Position numbers and translations under genes: made by a program. Positions 51,951-64,000 of a stretch of 64,000 nucleotides of DNA are shown here, piece after piece (the stretch's first letter is position 1; each line of letters starts with the position of its first letter). The stretch spans positions 4,000,001 through 4,064,000 of the forward strand of contig CM000151.3 of the NCBI GenBank assembly GCA_000004695.1, read 5' to 3'. This DNA comes from Dictyostelium discoideum (taxonomy: Eukaryota). The notes beneath the pieces were generated by a model. The model did not search any database. It had not been told where the DNA came from and worked only from the letters and a program-made list of their open reading frames with translations.

Positions 51951-52061
51951 TGATTGGATAAAGATCAACAACCATTTAAAGATTTAAATTATATTTTATT
52001 AAGGTTTTATTATTATTATACATATATTATATTATAAATGCTCATTGCAAAAATTAATTAT

Positions 52062-53198
<1,137 letters not shown>

Positions 53199-53275
53199 TT
53201 ATATTTTATTTATTTTAGAGTTTTAAATTATGAAAAAAAAAAAAAAAAAATTTCATTTTATGATTTCAGAAACCT

Positions 53276-53307
<32 letters not shown>

Positions 53308-53309
<2 letters not shown>

Positions 53310-53391
53310 AAAATAAAAATAAAATCCCACAGTTTGAAAATTTCAATCAGTGGGTCTGAAAATTTTTGTCAATTTCAAATAACACTGAATC
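53308..53391 (-). promoter_or_regulatory. Conserved actin upstream element, copy B (variant with an internal insertion).
   Basis: Matches copy A's element except for the insertion gtgggtctgaaaatttttgtc. Confidence 0.55.
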
Positions 53392-53490
53392 CATTTTTTT
53401 TTTTCAAAATTTTCTTTGAAATTTAATGGAGATTTTGAATATAAAAGTTTTATTTATTTTTTTTGGGAAAAAAAAGGTGTTTTTTTTTTT

Positions 53491-53565
53491 AGTAAAGTTA
53501 TTTGAAATTGATTGAAATTTTCAAACCATGGGTGGTTTCTCGCTTTAAAATTGGGATTTTATTTT
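53491..53565 (+). promoter_or_regulatory. Conserved actin upstream element, copy C.
   Basis: Identical to copy D's element apart from one or two bases. Confidence 0.6.
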
Positions 53566-53682
53566 TATTTTTTTTAATTTCATATTTTTTTTTTTTTTTT
53601 TTTGTTTTCTTACCCTATAAATAAATTTTTTTTTTTTTTTTTTTTTTTCATAATTTTAAACTCTAAAATAAATAAAATATAA

Positions 53683-54819
<1,137 letters not shown>

Positions 54820-54961
54820 ATTTAAAAAAATAATTTTGCAATGCGCATTCATAATATATGTATAGTAATAATAATAAAACCTTAATAAAATATAATTCAA
54901 ATCTTTAAATGGTTGTTGATCTTTATCCAATCACTTTAAAAAAAAAAAAAAAAAAAAAAAT

Positions 54962-54992
54962 TCTATATAAAAATAATTATTTTAAATTTCAT
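54962..54992 (-). pseudogene. Truncated remnant of the frizzled-like gene's 5' end (ATGAAATTTAAAATAATTATTTTTATATAG…), 9 codons then a stop. It lies at the breakpoint of the inverted duplication.
   Basis: 54968–54992 is the reverse complement of the fsl start ATGAAATTTAAATTAATTATTTTTAT (49951–49976) with one substitution. It is followed at 55080–55450 by an inverted copy of the fsl upstream region 49440–49910. Confidence 0.7.
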
Positions 54993-55716
54993 TTTTTATT
55001 TTTGTTTATTTATTTATTTAATTTTTAATATTAAAAGTTATTAAAAAAAAAAATATATGTTAATATTAATTTTTTTTTATTTTTTTTATTTTGCTTATTC
55101 TATTCGTGTTCCAGAAATAAAAAAATAAATAAAAAAAAAAAATAGAATGAAAAAAAATAATAAAATAAAAGTTTGGTGTATTTTGAAATTTGGAATTCAG
55201 AGGTTTATTTTTAAAAATTACAAAAACTAAAAAGAAAAATAAAAAGGAAAAATCTTATTAATCTGAAAATTACAGATTTGCCCCAATTTAAAGAAAAATT
55301 ATCCAAAATAATCAATCAACAACGATATCTTTTTGATAGATATTTATAAAAACTTTATCTTTTTTATTTTTTCAAAGTTGCGCAAAATAATAAAATTAAA
55401 ATAAATATAAAAACTGTAAAAAGAAAAAAAAAAGTGTAAAGGTTTATTAATTATTTAATTATTATTCACTTTTTGTAATTATTTTTTTATTTTGAAGAAT
55501 AATGATGGATATTTTATATAAAAAAAAAAAGAGATATGAAAAAATAATAATTATAAAAAAAAAAAAAAAAAATAGAATTTTAAAGTTTTAGTACAAATGG
55601 ATGATTTTTTTTTTTTTTTTTTTTTTTTCCTAAATAATTCAAGTAATAAACAAAGAATTGATATTCTGATGCCTAATTAAAAAAGAAATTTTTAAATAAA
55701 AAATGGGTTTTTTTTA

Positions 55717-55790
55717 AGTAAAGTTATTTGAAATTGATTGAAATTTTCAAACCATGGGTGGTTTTTCGCTTTAAAATTGGGATTTTATTT
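55717..55790 (+). promoter_or_regulatory. Conserved actin upstream element, copy D.
   Basis: See copy C. Confidence 0.6.
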
Positions 55791-55909
55791 TTATTTTTTT
55801 ATATTTTTTATTTTTTATTTTTTTTTTTTTTGAGGTTTCTGAGATTATAAAATGAAATTTTTTTTTTTTTTTTAATTAATTCAAAAAATAATCAAATAAA
55901 TAAATATAA

Positions 55910-57046
<1,137 letters not shown>

Positions 57047-57177
57047 ACAATTAAAACCAGTGATGAAAGTGCTTCTCACACTTAACAATATAATATTTAT
57101 ATGTATAATAATAAAATCTCAATAAAATATAATTCTTATTTTTATTTTTGAATGGTTGTTGATCTTTATCCAGCCAT

Positions 57178-57211
<34 letters not shown>

Positions 57212-57448
57212 CAAATGAAACTATTAATTTTTTTTTTTTTAACCCAAAATTCCTTTATTGTAATTTGTATTATCGTTAAATAACAAAATAATATATATTT
57301 TTTTTTTTTTAAAAAAAACAAAGTCTTTGTAATTCAATTATATGATTGATTTTATTATTAATTTTTTATTTATTTTATTTTATTATTATTTACAATTTTT
57401 TTATTTTTATTTTTTAAAAAGTGAATATATCTTTTTTTTTTTTTTTTT

Positions 57449-58614
57449 TTAAAAGTAAACAGTTTTTACATTTGATAAATTTTGTTCAGCAGGACAATAT
57501 GGACATTTAAAACGATTTGAGGAACCTTTTAATAAACGTTGCATTGAATTTTTACATAATAGATGACCACAAAATAACATAACAGGAGGATTTTGAGAAG
57601 TACTTTGTTCTCTACTGACAGGACAAGCGAAAACACTATGAAATTTATATTTTTCATCGACATTGATTTCAACGGTTAATGAATCATCATTTACACCCTT
57701 CAATACACTAAATGATGATAACTTTAATAGGGTTGGTAAAGATTTGATACCAACGGTAATGGTTATTGATAAGGGTGATTCTTGAGGTAACCCCATTAAA
57801 GAGCAATTATCCCTCGAGAATGTATTTCTAATTTCAAACCATTGATCATCGATTGATTGTTGTTCAAAAATATCTTTATAGGGTGATTGATCTAACCTCT
57901 TGGCAAAGAGGAATGTACCCATCAATTGTTGAAGATCTTTCATATGTGTCGTTGAGAACTCTTCGAGATAATCTCTTGCATATTGTAAAGCATCGTCTGA
58001 TTTTTGATTCTTTAACAATTGTATAATATGTAACCTATGTAATTTAAACTCTAAACTACTATCAATACTTGATAAACCTTCTCTATGTAATCTACACCAT
58101 TCAATCACTGGTTTCAAATTGAATTGTTCAATTGATTCCAATATCTTATGATGCTCTATAAAACAATCCTTTATTGAGATTGCCACCTTTTTATCAATAC
58201 CAATTTCATTTGCAAATATATCACCAATTTCAAATTTACCAACTCTATATAAATGATTTAATATAACTTTATTTAAAATTTTTGTATCAAATCCAATATC
58301 TTTTGTTGATTTTTCAATATCATTTCTAAAATTCTAATTTATATAATAATATTAATATATCATTACAAAATAAAATAAAATAAAATATTAATATATCACT
58401 ACAAAATAAAATAAAATAAAAAATTTGTAATTAAATTATATTTACTTTATCTACTAATTTACCAAATTTAGAAATTGGTGCATGTAATTCTTTATGTTCG
58501 CTAACTAATTTAGTACATAATTTAGAATCTATTAAAGATTGATTTAATTTTGAAATTGCTTTTGGTATTATATCATTTGTTGTTTCAACTATCATTTGAT
58601 CATCATCATTATTG

Positions 58615-58679
<65 letters not shown>

Positions 58680-58896
58680 TGTTATTATCGATATTATTAT
58701 CATTATTACTTGATAAAGATAAAACTTGTTTACATTGTTTTAAACTTGAAATTATTGTATCAATATCAGAAATTGCTTTACTTAAACATGTTTTTTGCTT
58801 TTTTATTATTCTAGTTAACCCATCATCTAACTGGTCAAATTCTACTTTATTTCCTCCTCCACCACTACCTCCGTTATTACTAACACTTTCTTCCAT
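57449..58896 (-). CDS. RMD5/GID2-type CTLH–CRA–RING E3 subunit (RMND5 orthologue). Model: complement(join(57449..58333, 58446..58588, 58710..58896)); 404 aa.
   Basis: ATG at 58896 immediately after a stop. From memory, it matches human RMND5A: LVSEHKELHAPISKFGKLVDK|NFRNDIEK ~ [45 protein letters not shown] ~ [49 protein letters not shown]…KCPYCPAEQNLSNVKTVYF ~ [33 protein letters not shown]…KCPYCPMEQSPGDAKQIFF. Intron 2 (GTAAAT donor, aaattag acceptor, 112 nt) is secure. Intron 1 (GTAATA at 58709 to gatag at 58589, 121 nt) is inferred, because the two ORFs 58609..58896 and 58431..58703 are in different frames across an (AAT)n run. Confidence 0.75.
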
Positions 58897-59003
58897 TTAA
58901 ATATTATTAATATATGAATACTTTTTTTATTTTATTTTATTTTTTTTTTTTGGAATAGCTTTTTTTTTTTTTTAAATTAAAAAAAAAAAAAAAAAAAATT
59001 TTG

Positions 59004-59035
<32 letters not shown>

Positions 59036-59891
59036 TTATTTAATTTCAGATAAATTAAAAATCTTTAAAAAAATAAAAAAAATTAAATACTTAATATGGA
59101 AAGTAGTATTATGTTAATAAAAAATCATAATAAGCAAAAATAAAAAAATAAAATAAAATAAAATAATTTATAAAAAAATTTTTTCGGGTAAGTTTTAGAT
59201 TTTTAGATAAATTCCCTATACAATCATTTTAGAAAAAAAAAAGTTTTCTTAATCAAAGTAAATGGAATTTTTTTTTTTTTTAAAAAATTCTGGAAAATTA
59301 TTTAATAACATATTTGAAATTAATTGGGAAATTGGGTTTTAAAATATAATTAATTATGGTAAATTATTATTTAAAGAATTTTATAATTTGTTTAAAAAAA
59401 AAAAAACCAAAAAATCCCATGTATATTTAAATATTTAATTTTAAAAATCCCATGTATATTTAATTTCAAAAAAAAAATATATAATCATCAAAATCAATTG
59501 ACCAATTTAGCTTTAAAGCTGTTTAATTAATAAAAAAGTGGTAATTTACAAATTTGACATTTAAAATTTAAATAAAATTAAAAAAAACAATTAGGGTTAC
59601 AATTTAATAATTTTTATAATTTTCAATTAATAGCTTGCCTGGGTTAAAAGAAATAAATTTAAATAAATTTAATTATAATAAAAAAAAACAATAAAAATAT
59701 ATAAAGGGTTACTGGAAGGGGTTAAAAATCATTTAAAAAGAACAAGGTATATCACTTTTTTTTTTTTATTAAAATTTTTTTTTTAATTCAATTATTATTT
59801 TTTAATTAATTTTTTTTTTTATTTTCATTTTTTTATTTTTGATAATTAAACTTTTTTTTTATTATTACTTTTTTTTTTTATTATTAATAAA

Positions 59892-61463
59892 ATGTTATTA
59901 AAAATTTTAATTATTTATTTCATTTTTTTAAATTGGTTTGTTTTATCATTGGGACAATTAAAAAATTATAATGATAATTCAATTACATTAATAGTTGATC
60001 CATTTTCAAACAAAAATATAAACTTTTATAAAAGTGGAGAAAAATGTGGAGATACTCATAACAGATGTAAATCAATTAATGATGCAATTTTATATTTCAA
60101 TACCATCGCAATTGCAACCCCAAATAATAATAAATTAAGTTATCAACAATTAAATTTACAATTAGCAGATGGAATTTACTCAACTACAGAATATTCTTTT
60201 AATTTATTTGAATTTAATATAAATATAGAACCATTTAATAAAAATTCAAAAAAGGTAGTATTTGATGGTAGTAATAGTAGTAATAAAAATAATAATAATA
60301 ATGCATTATTTTATGTTGAACCAGTTTCAAATACTACCTCATTACCATTTAAAAAAAGAACAATTAATTCAGCCACCACTAGTATATTATCAAGTATATC
60401 AATTTCAGATATTACATTCATTTCATTCTCAAATACAATAATTAAAATTGATAATAGAAATGATGATAGTTATAATATAATTAATATAAATAATTGTGTT
60501 TTTAAAAATTTTACATCATCACCTCAAAAAATTGAAAAATATGGTTCACCAATTATTTATTTACAATCATCATCATCACCATCATCATTTTTAGAACAAA
60601 ACCAAACACAAAAACAACAATTAAATATTAATAACTCAGTTTTTAAATCTTCAAATTTATTTACGTCATTATGGAAAACTAGATTAATTCATATTGAAAA
60701 TACAAAATCATTAATGAATAATAATGTTTTTCATAATTTAAATGGTTTGAAAAGTTTATCAAATTTGATTTATTCAAGATTTAATTCAGATATTACAATT
60801 AATTCAAATCAATTTCATGATATAGTTACATATAATGGTTTAATTAATAGTGATAATTCAATGATTAAAATAATTAATTCAAATTTTAGATCAATCATTG
60901 GTAATAATTTTGGTTCAGTATTATATTTTACAACTTCATCAACTTTTCCATCATTTACATTTTTTATTGAAAATTGTAATTTTTGGAATTGCACTTCATT
61001 ATATAGTAGTGGTGTTATAAATGCTGTTGGTATAAATAATAATAATAATGATAATGATAAAAATAAAATAATTGATTGTAGTTTCTTTAATAATAAAGGA
61101 CCTGATTCAAGTATATTATCATGTCAAACAATTGATATAACAATTCAATATTCAAAATTAATATCAACCAATTCTCATGGTGGTACATTTTTAATTTACA
61201 CTTCAAATTTATTTGTTCAAAATAATTATATCCAAGATGAGATTAATGATGATTCAATCGTTGATTCTGGTAGAATTCAAACAATGGGTAAAGCAAATTT
61301 AACAATGTCTTCAAATAATTTTGGTAATGATTTAAATCATAAATTTAAATTTTCTTGTGATGATTCAATAATTAATTTACAAAATAGTCAAGATTTAATA
61401 CCATCATTTATTTGTAATCAATGTTTAGATTTTACAATTAATAATAATAATTCAATTTGTTAA
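59892..61463 (+). CDS. Secreted protein with a signal peptide and parallel beta-helix-like repeats (pectin-lyase-fold-like), 523 aa.
   Basis: The N-terminus MLLKILIIYFIFLNWFVLSLG is hydrophobic. Short N/S/I-rich ~22–25-aa units recur (NCVFKNF…, NSVFKSS…, NNVFHNL…, NSNFRSI…, NCNFWNC…, DCSFFNN…). Single open ORF; the family call is tentative. Confidence 0.55.
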   Translation: MLLKILIIYFIFLNWFVLSLGQLKNYNDNSITLIVDPFSNKNINFYKSGEKCGDTHNRCKSINDAILYFNTIAIATPNNNKLSYQQLNLQLADGIYSTTEYSFNLFEFNINIEPFNKNSKKVVFDGSNSSNKNNNNNALFYVEPVSNTTSLPFKKRTINSATTSILSSISISDITFISFSNTIIKIDNRNDDSYNIININNCVFKNFTSSPQKIEKYGSPIIYLQSSSSPSSFLEQNQTQKQQLNINNSVFKSSNLFTSLWKTRLIHIENTKSLMNNNVFHNLNGLKSLSNLIYSRFNSDITINSNQFHDIVTYNGLINSDNSMIKIINSNFRSIIGNNFGSVLYFTTSSTFPSFTFFIENCNFWNCTSLYSSGVINAVGINNNNNDNDKNKIIDCSFFNNKGPDSSILSCQTIDITIQYSKLISTNSHGGTFLIYTSNLFVQNNYIQDEINDDSIVDSGRIQTMGKANLTMSSNNFGNDLNHKFKFSCDDSIINLQNSQDLIPSFICNQCLDFTINNNNSIC

Positions 61464-61567
61464 CTGAAAAAAAAATAGAATAAAAAATAAAATAAAATAA
61501 AATATGTATGTTTTGAAATTATATTTATTTATTAATAAATGTTAATTTTAAGATTGGTAATTATAAT

Positions 61568-62080
61568 CTATTTGTAAGCATTGAGAGTTCCAGTTTCAAT
61601 TACACTAATTACTCTATTTGAACGATTTGGAGTTTGATGATTCCAAGTTGAGTTTTTCATTTCTTTTGCTGCTTCAGCCCACTTTTTTTCTTCAATTAAT
61701 TTTAATGACATTTTAAAAGTTAAAACATTGTTTACACCCATTTGGAAAACCATATTGATTATAGCCATTTTACGAATATTATCTAAATTTTTATAAATTG
61801 TTGATAATGTTGGATTACTCTCAATTGATTTTGTGGCTACAGATAAATCCTTTTCAAATAAAGCTTCTGATTCTGAACTTGTAATTATTGGTTCATTTTT
61901 TGAATCCATTTTTACCTTATGACCAATTTTTTCTTCAAGGGATAAGATAGCAGCATTTCTTTCTTTAATTCTTGTAATTAAATGACCAATTCCAATTGTA
62001 TAATAACCTTCAGTATCTTTATACATTTCTAACTTTTCACCCTCATCATATTTTAACATATCTTTTATTGAAGAAACCAT
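61568..62080 (-). CDS. Phage-T4-type lysozyme (GH24), copy 1, 170 aa.
   Basis: Near-colinear with T4 lysozyme as remembered: [37 protein letters not shown] ~ [46 protein letters not shown] ~ [17 protein letters not shown]…[28 protein letters not shown] ~ RWDEAA…[28 protein letters not shown]. The catalytic Glu (in YDEGEKL), Asp (in YKDTEG) and Thr (in YTIGIGH) are present. Confidence 0.9.
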   Translation of the reverse strand: [170 protein letters not shown]

Positions 62081-62692
62081 TCTTTTTTAAAATTATTTAA
62101 TTAAAAAATATATTTTAATTGAATAATGGATTATATATATTTTTTTTTAATTTAAATAGGGAAAAAAAAAAATATATTATTTAAAAAAATAAGTTATTAA
62201 TTGAATTTTTAAGTAATTTATTATTATAAATGAATTATTTTTAAATTCATTTAATTGAATTATAAAAATTACAAATTTAAATTTTTTGCACCCACCCTTA
62301 ATTATAGTATTTTTAAATGCTGAATATTGTTTGTGTTATTAATGAATAATTGAATATAATAATTAAAATTGAATAATTATATTTTTTTTTTTTTTTTTTT
62401 TTCAAAAAAAAAAAAAAAAAAAAAAAAAATAAAAACAATATATTTAAATTTAAAATAAAATATTCCAATATTTATTTCTATTATATAAAAAAAATGAAAA
62501 AAAAAAAATTTAATAATTTGTTCAATAAAATATTGTATTTCCTCTGTAAATAATTATTTATTTATCTTTTTCATAAAATTAATTTTTTTTTTTTTTTTTT
62601 TTATTTTTCTTATAGAATTCTCCAAGTATAGGCTATTTACAGTTGAACCGATTATTTATTTATTAATATTAAACAAGTGTACCAGTTGTGAT

Positions 62693-63205
62693 CTATTTGT
62701 ATTCTTTGAGAGTTCCAGTTTCAAATACACTAATTACTCTATTTGAACGTTTTGGAGTTTGAGTATTCCAAGTTGAATTTTTTAATTCTATAGCAGCTTC
62801 AGCCCACTTTTTTTCTTCAATTAATTTAAGAGATTTTTTAAATTTTGAAACATTGCTAGCACCCATTTGAAAAACCATATTTGCCAAAGCCATCTTACGA
62901 TTTGAGTCCAAATTATTATAAATTGTTGATAGGGTTGAACTATTTTCAATGGAATTAATGGCAACTGATTTATCTTTTTCAAATAAACTCTCTGATTCTG
63001 AACTTGAAATTTCTGGTTCTTTTTTTGAATTCAATTTAACCGTATGGCCAATTTCACCTTCAAGAATTTTGATTGCTTCATTTTTATCTTTATTTTTGGT
63101 AATTAAATGTCCAATTCCAATAGTATAATTACCTTCAGTATCTTTATACATTTCTAACTTTTCACCTTCATCATACTTTAACATATCTTTTAATGAAGAA
63201 ACCAT
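62693..63205 (-). CDS. Phage-T4-type lysozyme (GH24), copy 2, 170 aa, a tandem paralogue of copy 1.
   Basis: [37 protein letters not shown]…[11 protein letters not shown]…[28 protein letters not shown]. The same catalytic residues are present. The 3' coding ends of the two copies are nearly identical at nucleotide level (…gagagttccagtttcaa[a/t]tacactaattactctatttgaacg[a/t]tttggagtttga…). Confidence 0.9.
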   Translation of the reverse strand: [170 protein letters not shown]

Positions 63206-63390
63206 TATTTTTTATTTATTTTTTTTATTTAAAATTTATTTATTTATATATATATATATAATTATTTAATTATTTCCAATTGTATGTGTGTATGTGTGTA
63301 ATATATTTTTTTTTTTTTCAATCCTATTAAATAATAACCCCACAAAAAAAATAAAAAATAAAAAAATTAAAAATAAAATAAAATTAAATT

Positions 63391-63625
63391 GTAAATAGTA
63401 CAATTTAAGTGAATATAATAAACAACTTATTTTTTTAAGAATAAATTAAACAAATATAGAAATTTAATTCTTTTTCAAATTATTAAACTTTTTTTTTTTT
63501 TTTTTTTTATTTTAATAGTACAATTTAAGTAATTATAATAAACAACTTATTTTTTTAAGAATAAATTAAACAAATATAGAAATTTAATTCTTTTTCAAAT
63601 TATTAAACTTTTTTTTCTTTTTATT
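63391..63625. repeat. Tandem direct repeat, two ~121-bp units (…tagtacaatttaagtg/aattataataaacaacttatttttttaagaataaattaaacaaatatagaaatttaattctttttcaaattattaaactttttttt…). It lies in the promoter region of lysozyme copy 2 and the 3' flank of the edge gene.
   Basis: 63397–63497 and 63517–63620 align by eye with ~3 mismatches. A third partial match (ttttaattctttttcaaaagt) lies at 63661–63681. Confidence 0.8.
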
Positions 63626-63638
63626 TTTTTTTTTTATT

Positions 63639-64000
63639 TTAAGTAAAAGAAACTTTTAATTTTAATTCTTTTTCAAAAGTATCAAAGAATATATTCGAAT
63701 ATTTTTTAAAATGTGATTCTATTAAATCTCTATTTGATTTTAATTGATCAAATGTACAAAAATAACTAAAGATAACTCTATTATTTTCAGATTGATAGCC
63801 TATATCCATAATTTCATCGATTTGTGAATCTTGACTATCATTACCACTATTGACATTCTCTTTTAAAGTGAATGGATAATCTAATAATTTTGAGAGTTGA
63901 TTTTCTTTTAAATATAATTCAATTGAACCATTTGATAATGTCGATGAACTAATCAATTGAATAAACTCTTGATTGTATAATGGATGAAGCTTATTATAAA
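63639..64000 (-). CDS. 3' end of a gene that continues beyond the right window edge (C-terminal ≥120 aa; no family recognised).
   Basis: The minus-strand ORF is open from the window edge (…LHPLYNQEFIQLISSSTLSNGSIELYLKENQLSKLLDYPFTLKENVNSGNDSQDSQIDEIMDIGYQSENNRVIFSYF…KVSFT*) to the stop at 63639. Confidence 0.4.
   Translation of the reverse strand, partial: YNKLHPLYNQEFIQLISSSTLSNGSIELYLKENQLSKLLDYPFTLKENVNSGNDSQDSQIDEIMDIGYQSENNRVIFSYFCTFDQLKSNRDLIESHFKKYSNIFFDTFEKELKLKVSFT

Overview
The window is eukaryotic nuclear DNA with the hallmarks of Dictyostelium discoideum (or a very close dictyostelid). It is about 78% AT, with poly-A/T intergenic tracts, short AT-rich GTAAGT…AG introns, (CAA)n and (AAT)n coding microsatellites, and four copies of the Act8-group major actin protein. 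The six-frame ORF track therefore fragments most genes, and I rebuilt spliced models by hand. I support about 26 protein-coding genes. They are: a 5'-partial C3Hc3H-motif protein; a multi-exon N/D-repeat protein; a Kelch-repeat gene with a frame break; histone acetyltransferase HAT1 (4 exons); a small ORF; a C2-domain protein with an annexin-VII-like PQY N-terminus; a giant (~3,415 aa) soluble-adenylyl-cyclase-like cyclase–STAND–TPR gene; a RasGEF (4 exons); an FNIP-repeat protein; a large low-complexity protein; a secreted LRR plus IPT/TIG protein with a 19-nt micro-exon; the EIPR1/TSSC1 WD40 orthologue; a USP36/42-type deubiquitinase; a cyclophilin; a hemolysin-III/PAQR membrane protein; four identical actin genes; a frizzled/smoothened-like receptor plus a truncated remnant copy; an RMD5/GID2 RING-CTLH gene; a secreted beta-helix-like protein; two tandem phage-T4-type lysozymes; and a 3'-fragment of a further gene at the right edge. 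No tRNA, rRNA, CRISPR array or recognisable transposon was found; every regular repeat is a eukaryotic microsatellite or a segmental duplication. The most notable structures are the sAC-like giant cyclase gene, which differs from what I recall of sgcA (the known Dictyostelium sAC homologue); a ~9.5-kb palindromic duplication carrying the four actin genes and the frizzled-like gene; the intact T4-lysozyme pair; and several splice or frame puzzles (Kelch, RMD5, C2-protein first exon). All homology statements come from reading the translations against remembered family sequences; no database search was run.
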